From assembly GCA_963724765.1 (NCBI GenBank), contig CAVRVY010000001.1:544001-608000 (forward strand): a stretch of DNA of 64,000 bases, written 5' to 3'. Position numbers and translations under genes: made by a program. The notes under the pieces are model-generated. The model ran no database searches. It saw only the letters and a list, made by a program, of their open reading frames with translations, and was not told the origin of the DNA. This document shows, in pieces, positions 40,169-50,854 of the stretch (its first letter is position 1; every line of letters starts with the position of its first letter). The stretch is from an uncultured delta proteobacterium (GTDB lineage Bacteria; Desulfobacterota; Binatia; Binatales; Binataceae).

Positions 40169-41752
40169 ATGAGACGGTGCGCAATCTATACCCGCAAATC
40201 GTCAGAAGAAGGACTGGAACAGGACTATAACTCTCTGCATGCGCAGCGTGAGGCATGTGAGGCATTTATCAGGAGCCAAGCCGGCGAGGGCTGGCGGCTC
40301 GTTAAGGCCGCGTATGACGATGGTGGATATTCGGGCGGCACCATGGAGCGACCGGCGTTGAAGCAGCTGCTGGCGGATATTCGTGAGGGCACGATCGACG
40401 TTGTAGTCGTGTACAAAGTTGACAGGCTCACCCGATCGCTCGCAGATTTCGCGCGAATAGTCGAGCTGTTCGACGCCCGCGGCGTGTCATTCGTGGCGGT
40501 CACCCAGCAGTTCAACACAACCACCTCGATGGGCCGGCTGACCCTCAACGTACTGCTCTCGTTCGCGCAATTCGAGCGCGAGGTCATTGGCGAGCGGATC
40601 CGCGACAAAGTCGCCGCATCCAAGCGCAAGGGGATGTGGATGGGAGGTCTAGCGCCGTTGGGTTACGAAGTCCGCGACCGCCACCTGGTCGTCAATCTGG
40701 ACGAAGCCCAGAAGATAAAGTACATCTTCGATCGCTACCTCGAACTAGGTACTGTCCGAGAACTGAAGCAGGACCTCGCGACGCAAGGGCTTGTGCCCGC
40801 GAGCAGGGTGTCCAAATCAGGGAACGCCCGTGGTGGCACCGCATTTTCACGCGGCGCGCTCTATCATCTGCTTTCGAGCCCTATCTATGTCGGAGACATT
40901 CCGCACAAGAAGGAACGCTTTCCTGGGCAGCACGAAGCCCTGATCAGCCGCGAGGTGTGGGACCGAGTTCAACAGTTACTGCGTAGCAAAACGCGGCGGC
41001 AGCACCAAAGCTGTCAGACTGACGCACCGCAGAGCCCGCTCACCGGCAAGCTTTTTGACGAAAGCGGTGAGCCCTTGTATGTGCAGGGAGCAGCTAAGGG
41101 CAAGCGACGCTATCGATATTATGTCTCCAAAAGTCTGGTTAGAGGCGATTCTGATGCTCCCGAAAAAGGATGGCGAATATCCGCTCCCGAGATCGAGCAA
41201 ACCGTCACCGCTGCAGCGGTGGCAATGCTCGCTGACGAATCGGCGGTTACCCTCGCGCTTGAAGAGGCGGGGACGAATTCAGATCGTCTGTCCTGTGCCC
41301 TGAAGTCGTCTCAGAGTTGGCTTGAACGCCTCCAGTCCGCGAACGAATCAGTGTCTGCGCTGGTTGAATTGGTGACTCGTGTCGACATCAGCCCGCAGGG
41401 TATGCGGCTTTTGCTCGAGCTGCCGTTTCCGACCACCGAAGCAGATGAAAAATGCCGAGATCGGATTTCTCTCTGCAGGATGTTTCCGGTGGAGATGAAA
41501 CGCCGCGGTATCGAGATGCGCTTGGTGCTCGAGGGCAATTGCAAGACCAGCAGATTCGACCGTCCGCTAATTAAGGCCATCGCTCGCGCCCACCGATGGT
41601 CCAAGCAACTGCTCTCCAAAGAGACACCTTCGATCCGCGCAATAGCACGGCAGGAGCGGATCGCGCCGCGCTACGTGCGGGACGTCCTCCCGCTAGGATT
41701 CTTGTCACCGAGGATCGTTGAGGCGATCTTGGAAGGGCGCCAGCCCCCCTGA
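40169..41752 (+). CDS. Large serine recombinase (recombinase family protein); extreme C-terminus shifted into another frame
   Basis: CAIYTRKSS, DDGGYSG, VYKVDRLTRS, SFAQFERE and GGLAPLGY motifs. The typical tail PDLT...LPLLWSVQERALG continues in another frame after a C-run at ~41745. Confidence 0.9.
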   Translation: MRRCAIYTRKSSEEGLEQDYNSLHAQREACEAFIRSQAGEGWRLVKAAYDDGGYSGGTMERPALKQLLADIREGTIDVVVVYKVDRLTRSLADFARIVELFDARGVSFVAVTQQFNTTTSMGRLTLNVLLSFAQFEREVIGERIRDKVAASKRKGMWMGGLAPLGYEVRDRHLVVNLDEAQKIKYIFDRYLELGTVRELKQDLATQGLVPASRVSKSGNARGGTAFSRGALYHLLSSPIYVGDIPHKKERFPGQHEALISREVWDRVQQLLRSKTRRQHQSCQTDAPQSPLTGKLFDESGEPLYVQGAAKGKRRYRYYVSKSLVRGDSDAPEKGWRISAPEIEQTVTAAAVAMLADESAVTLALEEAGTNSDRLSCALKSSQSWLERLQSANESVSALVELVTRVDISPQGMRLLLELPFPTTEADEKCRDRISLCRMFPVEMKRRGIEMRLVLEGNCKTSRFDRPLIKAIARAHRWSKQLLSKETPSIRAIARQERIAPRYVRDVLPLGFLSPRIVEAILEGRQPP

Positions 41753-42222
41753 TTTAACCGTAATCGGACTCACACGTCGAATTGACCTCCCGCTTCTATG
41801 GAGCGTGCAGGAGCGGGCACTTGGTCTTCGCGATTCGACCCGGCTAGTCAACTCAGAATCTGTCGATGGGTCCGGAGATGGGCCAGTGGAATCCCGGTCT
41901 AAGAGAGCTTGTGAAACACCGAACGCCTTCGTTCTCGACGCACGTGTCTGTGGTGACCCATCTCACGGTCGCGCCGGAAAGACGCGGACGGATTCAACCT
42001 CGCTTACATGATCACGCCGGGAAGCTTCAAGGATTTCAGACGGCGCTGACGAATCGCCTCGGCCATTGCACTCGCGGCTGAGCTTGAGAGCTTGGATAGA
42101 GGCGAACTCATTGCGTCTCTTCGCCGAAAAATTCGGCGCCCAGCCCTTCCCAAGTCGTGGCTATGTTCACCGACCGCTGTACTACGGCCTACCAAGAGCA
42201 GCCCCGCCTGAACTGAACCGGC

Positions 42223-42762
42223 CTAGCGCGGGCGGCCCAGTTCTTCAAGCTCGCGCAGCGCGCGCTGCAGGATCTCGCGCACCCGCTCTATGCGCCGTTC
42301 GCTCGCGCGTTCACCCGCCACGGCGCGGAACGCCGCCTTGACCAGCCGTTCCGCCGGGCCTCTGATCTCGGACGCATCAGGATCGAAAGCGCTGCGCCAG
42401 TCCTCCCATCGCCGGGCGCGCCGCCAGATCTCCCGGACGACCTCATCGCGCTCTTCAAGTTCCCGCCGCCCCTCGTCAGTCAGCCGGTAGACCTTCTTGC
42501 CTTCACGCAATTCGGAAGCGATCAGACCTTCGTCCTCGAGCTGCTGCAGCGTCGGATACACGGTGCCCGCACTGGCCCGGTAGACGCCGCCCGAGCGCTC
42601 CTCGAGTTGCTTCATCAGCTCGTAGCCGTGCACCGTCGCCTCCGTCAGCAAAGACAGTAGCGCGAGCCTGACCTCGCCGGGACCAAAAAACCTGCCCGAT
42701 CGGGTCATCATCCCGAAGCCATGCCAGCCCGGGCGAGCAAAACGCGAGTATCCGCAACTCAT
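42223..42762 (-). CDS. PadR-family transcriptional regulator (YqjI-like)
   Basis: HGYELMKQL, SAGTVYPTLQQLEDEGLI and KKVYRLT motifs; start moved to ATG 42762. Confidence 0.9.
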   Translation of the reverse strand: MSCGYSRFARPGWHGFGMMTRSGRFFGPGEVRLALLSLLTEATVHGYELMKQLEERSGGVYRASAGTVYPTLQQLEDEGLIASELREGKKVYRLTDEGRRELEERDEVVREIWRRARRWEDWRSAFDPDASEIRGPAERLVKAAFRAVAGERASERRIERVREILQRALRELEELGRPR

Positions 42763-42787
42763 CACGCTGAGTCTCTCCAAATCTTCA

Positions 42788-42815
42788 ATCTGATATATCG
42801 TACGATATATCAGAT
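42788..42815. promoter_or_regulatory. Perfect 28-bp palindrome, likely PadR operator
   Basis: ATCTGATATATCGTACGATATATCAGAT, ~25 bp upstream of the padR start. Confidence 0.7.
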
Positions 42816-43043
42816 GTTGGTCCACATGGCAAGCGTATTCGTGGCGATCGACGGCCAACAGACGCCTGCCGGTTCGGGCCCTTACTGGGCTTACTAAATG
42901 TGTGGTCCTTGACCCTGTTGATACCCCCGCGCACCAAACTATAAAAGGACCCGTAAGTAACATTTCGAAGGATCGGGACAGGGAGCTGATGTCCAGGAAG
43001 GTCGCATCGGGAAATGCAATGAGGTAAGCAGGAGGTGGGTCGC

Positions 43044-43385
43044 ATGAAACTCAGAAGAAAGCTGATTATGAGTTTGTTAGGTGGCGCGATGCTGGCACTG
43101 CCAATGACCGCGCCCGCATTTGCGGAACCTTCTTACAGCGCAAATTCAAATAGCATCCAGCCGGTCGATTGGTGGTGGGATAATTATAAAAACGACCGCG
43201 ACGGTTACGCTAATCATGGTTGGCATAGCGGGTTTTACGAATACGGCGGAAAGCGGTATTCCTGCGACCGCGCACGCCAGCTCCAGAACCAAGTGTGGCG
43301 AGATCGGACAACGGGGCATCCCGCTGCAGCTAGCTACGTAGAGAAGGAAGCTGCCGCCGCCCGAGCCCGCTGCTACAGCCGCTAA
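43044..43385 (+). CDS. Small secreted hypothetical protein
   Basis: GGAGG RBS; Sec signal peptide ending AFA; aromatic-rich mature part with two Cys. Confidence 0.75.
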   Translation: MKLRRKLIMSLLGGAMLALPMTAPAFAEPSYSANSNSIQPVDWWWDNYKNDRDGYANHGWHSGFYEYGGKRYSCDRARQLQNQVWRDRTTGHPAAASYVEKEAAAARARCYSR

Positions 43386-43643
43386 CAATAGCCTTCTCGT
43401 CCGATGGTTGAGGGCCTCGCTTCGACCACGAAGCCCTCGAGCCGCCACGTTCGCCAAATCGAACTGCGCGACCTCTGATGGAGGCCCGCGGCAATCATGC
43501 AGAGGCGGGCTTCTAGACTGCTGGGAACCCTTCGCTCAGACCGCACCTCACCGCAGGTGTGGACTTGTGACGGCTTCCGCGTCGCGCTCCAATGAGTGCG
43601 AGGCTTGAGCGAATTCCTATGAAACCTTCAAAGCGGGCGACGT

Positions 43644-43967
43644 TCAGGCGAACTCGATCGGCCTAAAGATCAGGGGGATAGTTTGTCGTATTCCGCCGCC
43701 GCAACGTTTCATCAGTATCTCTGTCGAATTCATGTCCTCCGTCAAGTAGAGGACGCAGCCATCGACGGATTCGACCGCCAGCTCGACACTCGGGCTGATA
43801 GACTGCTGTACGCGATAGGTCATGCCTCCTTCCGACGCCGTGGCTTCAAGTTCCACGCGGAGCGGACTTCGTTCCTCTAATAGGAATCGCATTAAGCGGG
43901 TTTCTAAGCCATCTTCATCGCTCTGCCGGCGGCAGCAGATTTCCCGCGCTGCTTCAACCACTCTCAT
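43644..43967 (-). CDS. Hypothetical protein
   Basis: 107-aa ORF with GGAGG upstream; no family recognised. Confidence 0.45.
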   Translation of the reverse strand: MRVVEAAREICCRRQSDEDGLETRLMRFLLEERSPLRVELEATASEGGMTYRVQQSISPSVELAVESVDGCVLYLTEDMNSTEILMKRCGGGIRQTIPLIFRPIEFA

Positions 43968-44250
43968 ATTTCTGATCTTCCACCTCCTGAATCCCTTCGA
44001 TTAACCGACTTCCGGGTCAACGGTTGTCGGCACGTGAAGAAGAGGGCGCTCTATACACCCGAGCGCCACCGCAAAAATTCACAGAGCTTGCGGAAAGTCC
44101 TTTAACTCTAGGGGAATTATCCGCACGACCCGTGGTTACGCCGGGCGCCGACCCTAGTTCGCGGGCAGCAGTCGTCGTAGCCAATTAGAATTCAGCACGA
44201 CCAAGCTTCAGCGGCGGCGTGATCGCGAATCGCGCGCACGTGCGGGATCT

Positions 44251-44447
44251 AGATGGGGACCACGGAAATTGTCCTCGGATAAGTTTGTGAAATTTCGGAC
44301 GAGAACCGCAAATTCGCGCTGTTCTCTGGTCCCACACTAACCCCAAAACCCCGCGTGTATGCGTATTTTTTCGAACGATTCTCCAGAAGTCTCGACTCTG
44401 AGGGACTGGAGTGTGGAGGGAGGAAGATTTGAACTCTCACTACCCTC
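44251..44447. repeat. Dispersed non-coding repeat copy B, ending in an antisense tRNA-like T-arm/acceptor
   Basis: Shares CGGATAA...GTTCTC...CCCGCG...TTTCGA.CGATTCTCCA...GGACT...GATTTGAACTC with 58766-58960 at the same spacing. Confidence 0.65.
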
Positions 44448-44527
44448 CAGCAACGGCTGAGAGACCAGTGTCCTTATACCACGCACGCAGATCGAATTCT
44501 GACTCGGCAGAACTCCTTCGATCGTAG

Positions 44528-44929
44528 TTATCGGCGCGCGAGAGCCCGTTGGCGATAGAAAAACTCGTCGTTGTCCATGAAAAGGTCGGACTACAGCACA
44601 TGCATCTGGTTGAATTCCCAGAACAGGTCGGCGGCGGCCTCCGAAGTTGGGCCGAGGGGATCGCCGGAATGCGATCGCTCCCACACTTGAAAGGCCTTGT
44701 GTGCTCCGCCGGTGTCGAGGTTGTATATGTCGCTGTATCCCACATCCATGAGCGACGCGGGCGACAGCGGGCCGGATGGAAGCGACGCTCTGGGCGCTGA
44801 GGCTCGCGCCGGCTGCGCGTCGATGGTGGATGCGAAGATGCTGGGTTGCGCGAGAGTGAGTATCGCGGCCAACAGCCACCAGCGCTTCACGCCTTTAGAG
44901 ACTCCCAAATGAGTGCCGATGTGGACCAT
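44528..44929 (-). pseudogene. Truncated secreted hypothetical protein with an in-frame TAG
   Basis: Signal-like RWWLLAAILTLAQPSIFA and GYSDIYNL...DPLGPTSEAAADLFWEF; the frame continues past the TAG at 44591 as SDLFMDND. Confidence 0.45.
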
Positions 44930-44934
44930 CTCGC

Positions 44935-45343
44935 ACCGCGCGAAAAGTTCCGCGCGCGAGCTAAGCCGAGCACTCTGATGCGACGTGCTCGCGGCAAGCT
45001 GGCTCTGCCGCGGCCGGGTTGGCCAGTACGCGTCGGCCTCCGCAGGCGTGACTTCCTCCACGCGTCCCTCGACGCGGACCTGCCTGCCCTTCGGCTGCCA
45101 GTACAGTGCGAGCGACGCGCGCGGATTGCCGCGCAACTCGCGCCCCTTGCGGCTTCGGGCGTCGGGTGAAAAACACGAAGCCGCGCTCGTCGATTCCCTG
45201 AGCAGAACGAACCGGACGGATGTCCTTCCGCCGCGCGCCGCCGTCGCAAGTGCCATCGCCTCATAGTTCGGAATTCTCATGTGCCGCGCGTTCTCGAGCC
45301 AGCGGATGAATTTCGCAATCGGGTGGTGGCCGTGCCGCGTCAT
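44935..45343 (-). pseudogene. pdxH: Pyridoxamine 5'-phosphate oxidase N-terminal part, truncated
   Basis: AMALATA, SVRFVLL, SRKGREL, RQVRVEG, YWPTRPRQSQL and S.QS motifs; C-terminal third missing. Confidence 0.85.
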
Positions 45344-45792
45344 GGCCGCAATCATGCCATGTCAGCAAGCTCGACAGCGATCAATCGATAGCAAGAATTT
45401 TAATCAGCCCCCGTGCGAATGAAGACGAACCGCAATGGTTCCATGCGCGATACTCTTTCAGGGCGCGCCACGGCAAGCAATTCTACAATTCGTACTTATA
45501 TTCAACTTAGGCGTTGGCATCCGTTCGGAAGGCGGTGCCGAGTTGGTTTTTGTGTGACCTATGCGGACGCGGGTCGCTGAGGACGACGCCGAGGCTGGGC
45601 AATCGGTCGAGTCGGCCAGTGCCGGACAAACTTCCCACCGACCGAAGAGCACGCACCCCCCCCCGACCGGATTCAGCCGAGCCATAAGCCCTATCTTGGC
45701 AACGAGGGTCCGAGACGTGCCTCCGCGAGTAACAAGTGGGCGTTGTTTGAAGACTGACAAGACCCATACTTGGCGATTACAGGTTCAGTGCC

Positions 45793-46041
45793 ATGAGTAG
45801 CGTTGAACTCTCGGTGCTTCGCCGAGATCCGCAGCCGCTGTTTGGTTTTTCCCAAAGAATCGAGTGCAGATTATGCCGAAGTCGGCCTGAGCGGACCGTC
45901 ATCTTACGACCGAAACGTCCTAAGCTCCATCGGGGTGAAATAGAGAGGTCGTCATTGGACGGTTGGCTCAAGCACGACCTCGTATTCTTCGGAGAAAGCT
46001 ATCTGTGTGAAGACTGCGCTAAGGCCGGAGGTTTTATCTAG
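45793..46041 (+). CDS. Small CxxC...CxxC zinc-ribbon hypothetical protein
   Basis: ECRLC and LCEDC motifs. Confidence 0.55.
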   Translation: MSSVELSVLRRDPQPLFGFSQRIECRLCRSRPERTVILRPKRPKLHRGEIERSSLDGWLKHDLVFFGESYLCEDCAKAGGFI

Positions 46042-46142
46042 CGACACCAGACGGAAACGAAGCATCAGAGCGAGCGGTCTCCAACAGCGCTTTCGCGGTG
46101 TTTTGTGGCACTTGCAGCGCCAAATCGAAAGAGGAGCGAGCG

Positions 46143-46689
46143 ATGAGAGCCAGAACTGAACCCGCTACAAGTGGGAAGGACCTGATTCGGAGCCTTAACC
46201 GGTGCGGCACGCGCTCCAACCAGAAGCCGCCGGTCGCCGCTCAAAATACCGGAGCCATTCGACCCGACCGTGTGTCAGCGATGCGGCGCAGTGTATTCGC
46301 AAGAGACCTGGCGTCGGAATCACCCTCTTACAGGCAGGCTGCTTGACCGTGCGCAATGGGGAACTTGTCCAGGATGCACGCAGGCCGTGGGCGGCGAGTA
46401 TCACGGCCGGGTGATTGCGCGAGGCGCAACAGTGGCCGCCAAGCTCGACGCCATCCGCAGAAGAATCCACAACGTCGCTCAGCGGGCGGGTTTCACGCAG
46501 CCAGAGCGGCAGATCGTTTCCATCGAATGGGATGGCACCACATTGGAGATTCTGACGACCTCGCAAAAGCTTGCGCATCGAATCGCGCACGAACTCGCAA
46601 AGGCGTTTGGCGGGCGCGCGAAGTACCAGTGGGCCGACGGCGAGGCGGGATTGCTCGCGACCTGGCAGTCCGAGGCTAGGGCCAAATGA
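46143..46689 (+). pseudogene. BCAM0308-family protein, apparent frameshift near 46245
   Basis: DPTVCQRCGAVY...CPGC...PERQIVSI...TTSQKLAHRIAHELAKAFGG; the N-terminus with GAGGAG RBS is in another frame. Confidence 0.65.
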
Positions 46690-46841
46690 TGGCTCCCGAC
46701 TCTGATTCAGTGGCCCCGCTCCGATGATGGGCTGATCGTAAGCCGCGAAATCTATCGATTCAAAGAGCTAGTTGAATTTAAAATCGACCGACAATCACAA
46801 TGTTCGAGTCAGAACCTCGTGATCAGAAGGAGACAATTGAG

Positions 46842-47189
46842 ATGAGCGACCACAAAACGCATGATCAGCACTCCCATGCGCATGGTTCAGGCTGCGGACA
46901 CACCGCCGTCAAACACGAAGGTCACGTCGACTATTTGCATGACGGGCATCTTCACAGTGCTCACCAAGGGCATGTGGATGAACATGTCCTGACGGAGGGT
47001 GGCTCGAATCCGTCCACTTGTACCCCGACTCATGCGTGTGGTGCGCACGACGGTAAGCACGCTCATGGGGCTGGTTGCGGACATGAAGCGATTCCGCACG
47101 GCAGCCACACCGACCATCTCGTCAAAGGCCACCTGCATCATACGCACCAAGGGCACTGCGATGACCACGGCGCCGTCTCGATGGCTTGA
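46842..47189 (+). CDS. Small histidine-rich putative metal-binding protein with internal duplication
   Basis: Two units of H.H.HG.GCGH.A..H..H.D.L..GHLH..HQGH.D.H; AGGAG RBS. Confidence 0.8.
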   Translation: MSDHKTHDQHSHAHGSGCGHTAVKHEGHVDYLHDGHLHSAHQGHVDEHVLTEGGSNPSTCTPTHACGAHDGKHAHGAGCGHEAIPHGSHTDHLVKGHLHHTHQGHCDDHGAVSMA

Positions 47190-47216
47190 TGAAGAGATAT
47201 TGAGGGTCGGTTGCTG

Positions 47217-47403
47217 ACCGGCGCCGGCAGCACGCCAGCAACTGCGCGTTGAGCTCTGCGAAGCCGGCCGCGTGCGGGATCGGCACCATGAAGTTACGCC
47301 GCGCGTAGCCGACCAACCCTTCGACCTTCCCCTTGTCGTTGCCCTTGCCCGGTCGTCCGAAGTGGTCGGCGAATAGATAGTGGGACTGCAGCTCGCTGAA
47401 GAT
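47217..47403 (-). mobile_element. Internal istA fragment of a second IS21 relative
   Basis: FSELQSHYLFADHFGRPGKGNDKGKVEGLVGYARRNFMVP is nearly identical to istA at ~39230-39410. Confidence 0.85.
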
Positions 47404-47645
47404 CCCAGAGCCCGTCGACCTGTGTGTGGGGCGAATTACTGATTTTCGACACAAATCAGCAATTCGCCACACACTGGTGCATACGCCCGACGCCGCGGAC
47501 GACTAAGCTCTACGATCACAGGATGAAATTTCGCTCGACGACGTCGAGCGGATCAGAATCTAAGGTGTAACTTTTGGGTTCTGACCGATAACAGAGCCAG
47601 AAGAACAGCGCGCAAAGCGGGCCGGGGCGGCGTGGGCTGGTGCGT

Positions 47646-47890
47646 TTACGCCAAGGCCGCCTCGGCTCCCAGGAGCGTTACATAGAGCCGCTCTTCCGCC
47701 GCCTTGTAGAGTGCTATCCTCTGAAAAATGCGCGGCTCGTCGATATTACGCTCATAGGCGAGATCGAACAGACGTTCGCGGACCCAGGCGATATGCCACT
47801 GCTCGTCGGCAGACACGGCGCTAAACACCTCCGCGCGTCGCGGTGTCTATCGCCGGATGCTCCGCCTGCGTGATATAGCGGTCCAGCGCA
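47646..47890 (-). pseudogene. C-terminal remnant of a ferritin-like domain protein
   Basis: DExxH motif (ADEQWHIAWVRERL); upstream part is frameshifted. Confidence 0.4.
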
Positions 47891-47936
47891 TACAGAACGA
47901 GTTGGAATCGGAGAGTCAAAACGGAAATCCCGGTTT

Positions 47937-49414
47937 ATGAACAAGGAGCTTTTGACTGTTGCCATTATCGTGGTCACCGGCTTCTTTGGCTGGGGCCGGA
48001 CCGCTCTCGCTGCCGGCGCCGAGCCAACCACCGACGCAACTTCGGCGGCAGGGCCGGGCGCGGCCGCAATCGGGGCGACCCAACCGACATTAGGCGCCAT
48101 AGAGAAGGAGGAAAATGAGCCAGAGCAGATTTGGAACTGGCACGTTCAGAACACCGAGGTGGTGCAGGGCGACCCGGGTTTTCCGGCCAAGTACTCTGGC
48201 CCACAGAGCCTGAACAGCAGGGGCGAGGCTCAGGAAACAGCTTCGCTGGACTTGTTTGCCGGCGTGCGGTTATGGCGCGGAGCCGAGGCGCACGTGGACG
48301 GACTGATGTGGCAGGGCTTCGGCCTGAGCAAAACGTTTGGCGTCGAGGCATTTCCCAGCGCTGACGCCTACAAAACCGGCACCACCTATCCCTTCGTTAT
48401 GTTTGCGCGCTTGTTTGTTCGTCAAACCATCGGCTTGGGCGGCGAACAGGAGGCCGTGCGTGACGACCAGCTCACGCTTGCGGGCGAACAGGACATTTCG
48501 CGGCTGACCTTCACCGTCGGCCGGTTCACCCCCTGGACATTTTCGACAACAACACCTATGCGCAAGACCCGCAAACCCAGTTTTTGAATTGGGCGATGAC
48601 GGGCAACCTCGCATGGGATTACGCGGCGGATACCGTCGGATACACCACCGGATCTGCCGTCGAATTAAATCAGCCGAAATGGGCTTTGCGCTACGGATTT
48701 TTCCAAATGGCGAGTAAGCAGAACGCGTTGACAGGTGACGACCAGTTTCTCTTGTGGCGCCCCATCGGAGGCACTGGCTCAGCTGGCGCCTATGGCCCGT
48801 TTTTGCACGATTGGGGAATGGTGGTGGAATTTGAGCGCCGTTACAGCGTCAACGCTCATCCGGGAGCGATTCGATTTTTGCCCTTTCTCGACGAAGCCAA
48901 TATGGCCAGTAACCATGCGGCGATTTCCATTCTAAAGGCTGAAGGTGCGGGAGCCGACATCTCAGCGGCGCAAGCCTACCGCTACAAATACGGTTTTGGG
49001 TTGAACTGGGAACAGGAAGTGGCCAAGAACGTCGGCCTGTTTTCGCGCCTGGGCTGGAACGACGGCCATGAACAAGCGTGGGCGTACACCGATGTTAATT
49101 GGACGGCGTCACTGGGCGTGAGCGTCAAAGGTGAGGCGTGGCAGCGGCGCGACGACACCTTCGGCCTTGCCGGCATCGTGAGCGGCGCTTCGAGCTCGAA
49201 CCAAAAATTCCTGGAGGCAGGCGGCTTGGGCATACTCGCCGGCGACGGCGCGCTGACTTACGGCAGCGAGAAAGTTCTGGAAACCTATTATGATTTCCCA
49301 ATCTGGGAAACTGTCCGCGCGGCCGTGGATTACCAGTTCATCAGCAACCCGGCATTCAATCGTGATCGCGGGCCGGTGTCCGTATTCGGCGGAAGACTCC
49401 ACTGGGAATTGTAA
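47937..49414 (+). pseudogene. OprB-family carbohydrate porin / high-affinity Mn porin-like, single frameshift at ~48530
   Basis: Signal peptide, YSGPQSL, ARLFVRQTIGLGG, then (shifted) DIFDNNTYAQDP..QFLNW, WDYAADT.GYT and NPAFNRDRGPV...RLHWEL. Confidence 0.85.
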
Positions 49415-49463
49415 TGAGTGAATCTGCCCTTAGAGGAAATCCTGGATAAATTATTAAACGGAA

Positions 49464-49497
49464 GAAATGCCCGAGCCTCAGGCACTCAGGCATTTCC
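49464..49497. terminator. Hairpin downstream of the porin, possible terminator
   Basis: GAAATGCC...GGCATTTC inverted repeat. Confidence 0.35.
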
Positions 49498-49768
49498 GGT
49501 TGAAATGATCTTTAAGCTGCTCGCGATTTCAGTGCGACCACCTTCGGCTGCTTATGCTCGATGATCTCGCGCAGTCTGAGGTCCCATCTGATGAGTGCAT
49601 GTCGTTTATCCGCATCAGATCTGAAATCGCAATAAAATCAAAATATTTATCAATCCTGTATCTGCTGTGGTCCACTTTGACGTTACTCCTTAGCCATGCG
49701 GACACGACCTCTCTCGATGAGTTTCTCTACGTACCGCTCCTCTGCTTCTGCAGAATCAGAAACTGCAT

Positions 49769-50854
49769 TATTAAGTCCTGCATTTTATAGTGACAGTTTT
49801 GCTTGATGCCAGAAGGATCTCACCAAGCGTGGGCGCCGACGCATGCGGCGCAGCGCGCGGCGGGCCTGATGGCTGAGCTGGGTGAAATCGCGGGGACAGA
49901 AGTTGGGCAGTTCGTGGTGTTTCCAGTAACCCCAGATGTACTCCACCGGGTTGAGTTCCGGCGCGTAACCCGGCAGCCACTCGAGCGCCAGCCGGCCACG
50001 CTGCGCGCGGATAAATTCGGTTACCAAGCGCGCCCGATGCGCCGGCAGTCCGTCCCACACCACCAACAGCTTCCCCGGCAGATGACGCAACAGGTGGCCG
50101 AGGAAGTCCACCACCTGAGGGGCGCGGATGGTTGTGGGATAGAGCCGGAAGTAAAAGTTCCACCAGGTGATGCCGGCTGTGGCCGACAGCACCTTCCAGT
50201 TGAAGTGATACTGCAGCACCGGAGTCTGCCCGCGCGGCGCCCAGGTCCGCACCCGATGCGGCCGTTCGCTCAGTCCGCTTTCGTCGATGAACACGATGGT
50301 GCGCCGCTCGCAGAGCGCTTTTTTTTAATCTGCGGCCAGCGGTACTTCTTCCACTGCCGGATTGCCTGCTCGTCGCGCTCGAGCGCTTTTCCAGTGGGAC
50401 GCTGGCAGGTCCAGTTAAGCTTGCGCAGGATGCGCCAGACGTGGTCCTCGTGGTATCGCACCCCGGTCCGGTACTCGATGAGATCGCGCACCCGACTCGC
50501 GGTCCACAGTCCGCTGGCAAATCCGAACGCCTCGGGTCCGCGCTTGAGTGCGCGCTCGAGGTCGCGCAACTGGGCCGGGATGAGCTTCGCTGGACGCCCG
50601 GTGCGTCCGGCCTTGCGCAGGCCGCGCACTCCCGATGCTCCAAGTTCCCGCGCCCAGCGGCTAACCGACTGGCGGTGTACGCCCAACTCTCGCGCGACCT
50701 CGGACTGGCTAAGCCCTTGTCGCAGTAATCGCGCCGCCTCCATCCGCCGCTCTTCCAACGCAGCGAAATCCCGCCGCACACCCGCTGGATTACCCATGCG
50801 CCACATATTAGCACCGACCAGAGCATTTGTCACTATATTATACAGAACTTAATA
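49769..50854 (-). mobile_element. IS630-family element; transposase 49785-50797 split by a -1 frameshift site
   Basis: TA-flanked IRs TATTAAGTCCTGCATTTTATAGTGACA / TATTAAGTTCTGTATAATATAGTGACA. HTH orfA plus DDE orfB (FIDES, VWDG, PELNPVE). A8G slippery run at 50318-50326. Confidence 0.92.

Noticed and set aside
44410-44516. Full-length tRNA-Ser on the minus strand
   Set aside because: Only an imperfect T-arm and acceptor 3' strand are present, with no convincing D-arm or anticodon arm. Treated as part of the repeat family.
47640-47873. 77-aa plus-strand ORF upstream of the porin
   Set aside because: The minus strand carries a DExxH ferritin-like motif and is the more plausible coding strand.
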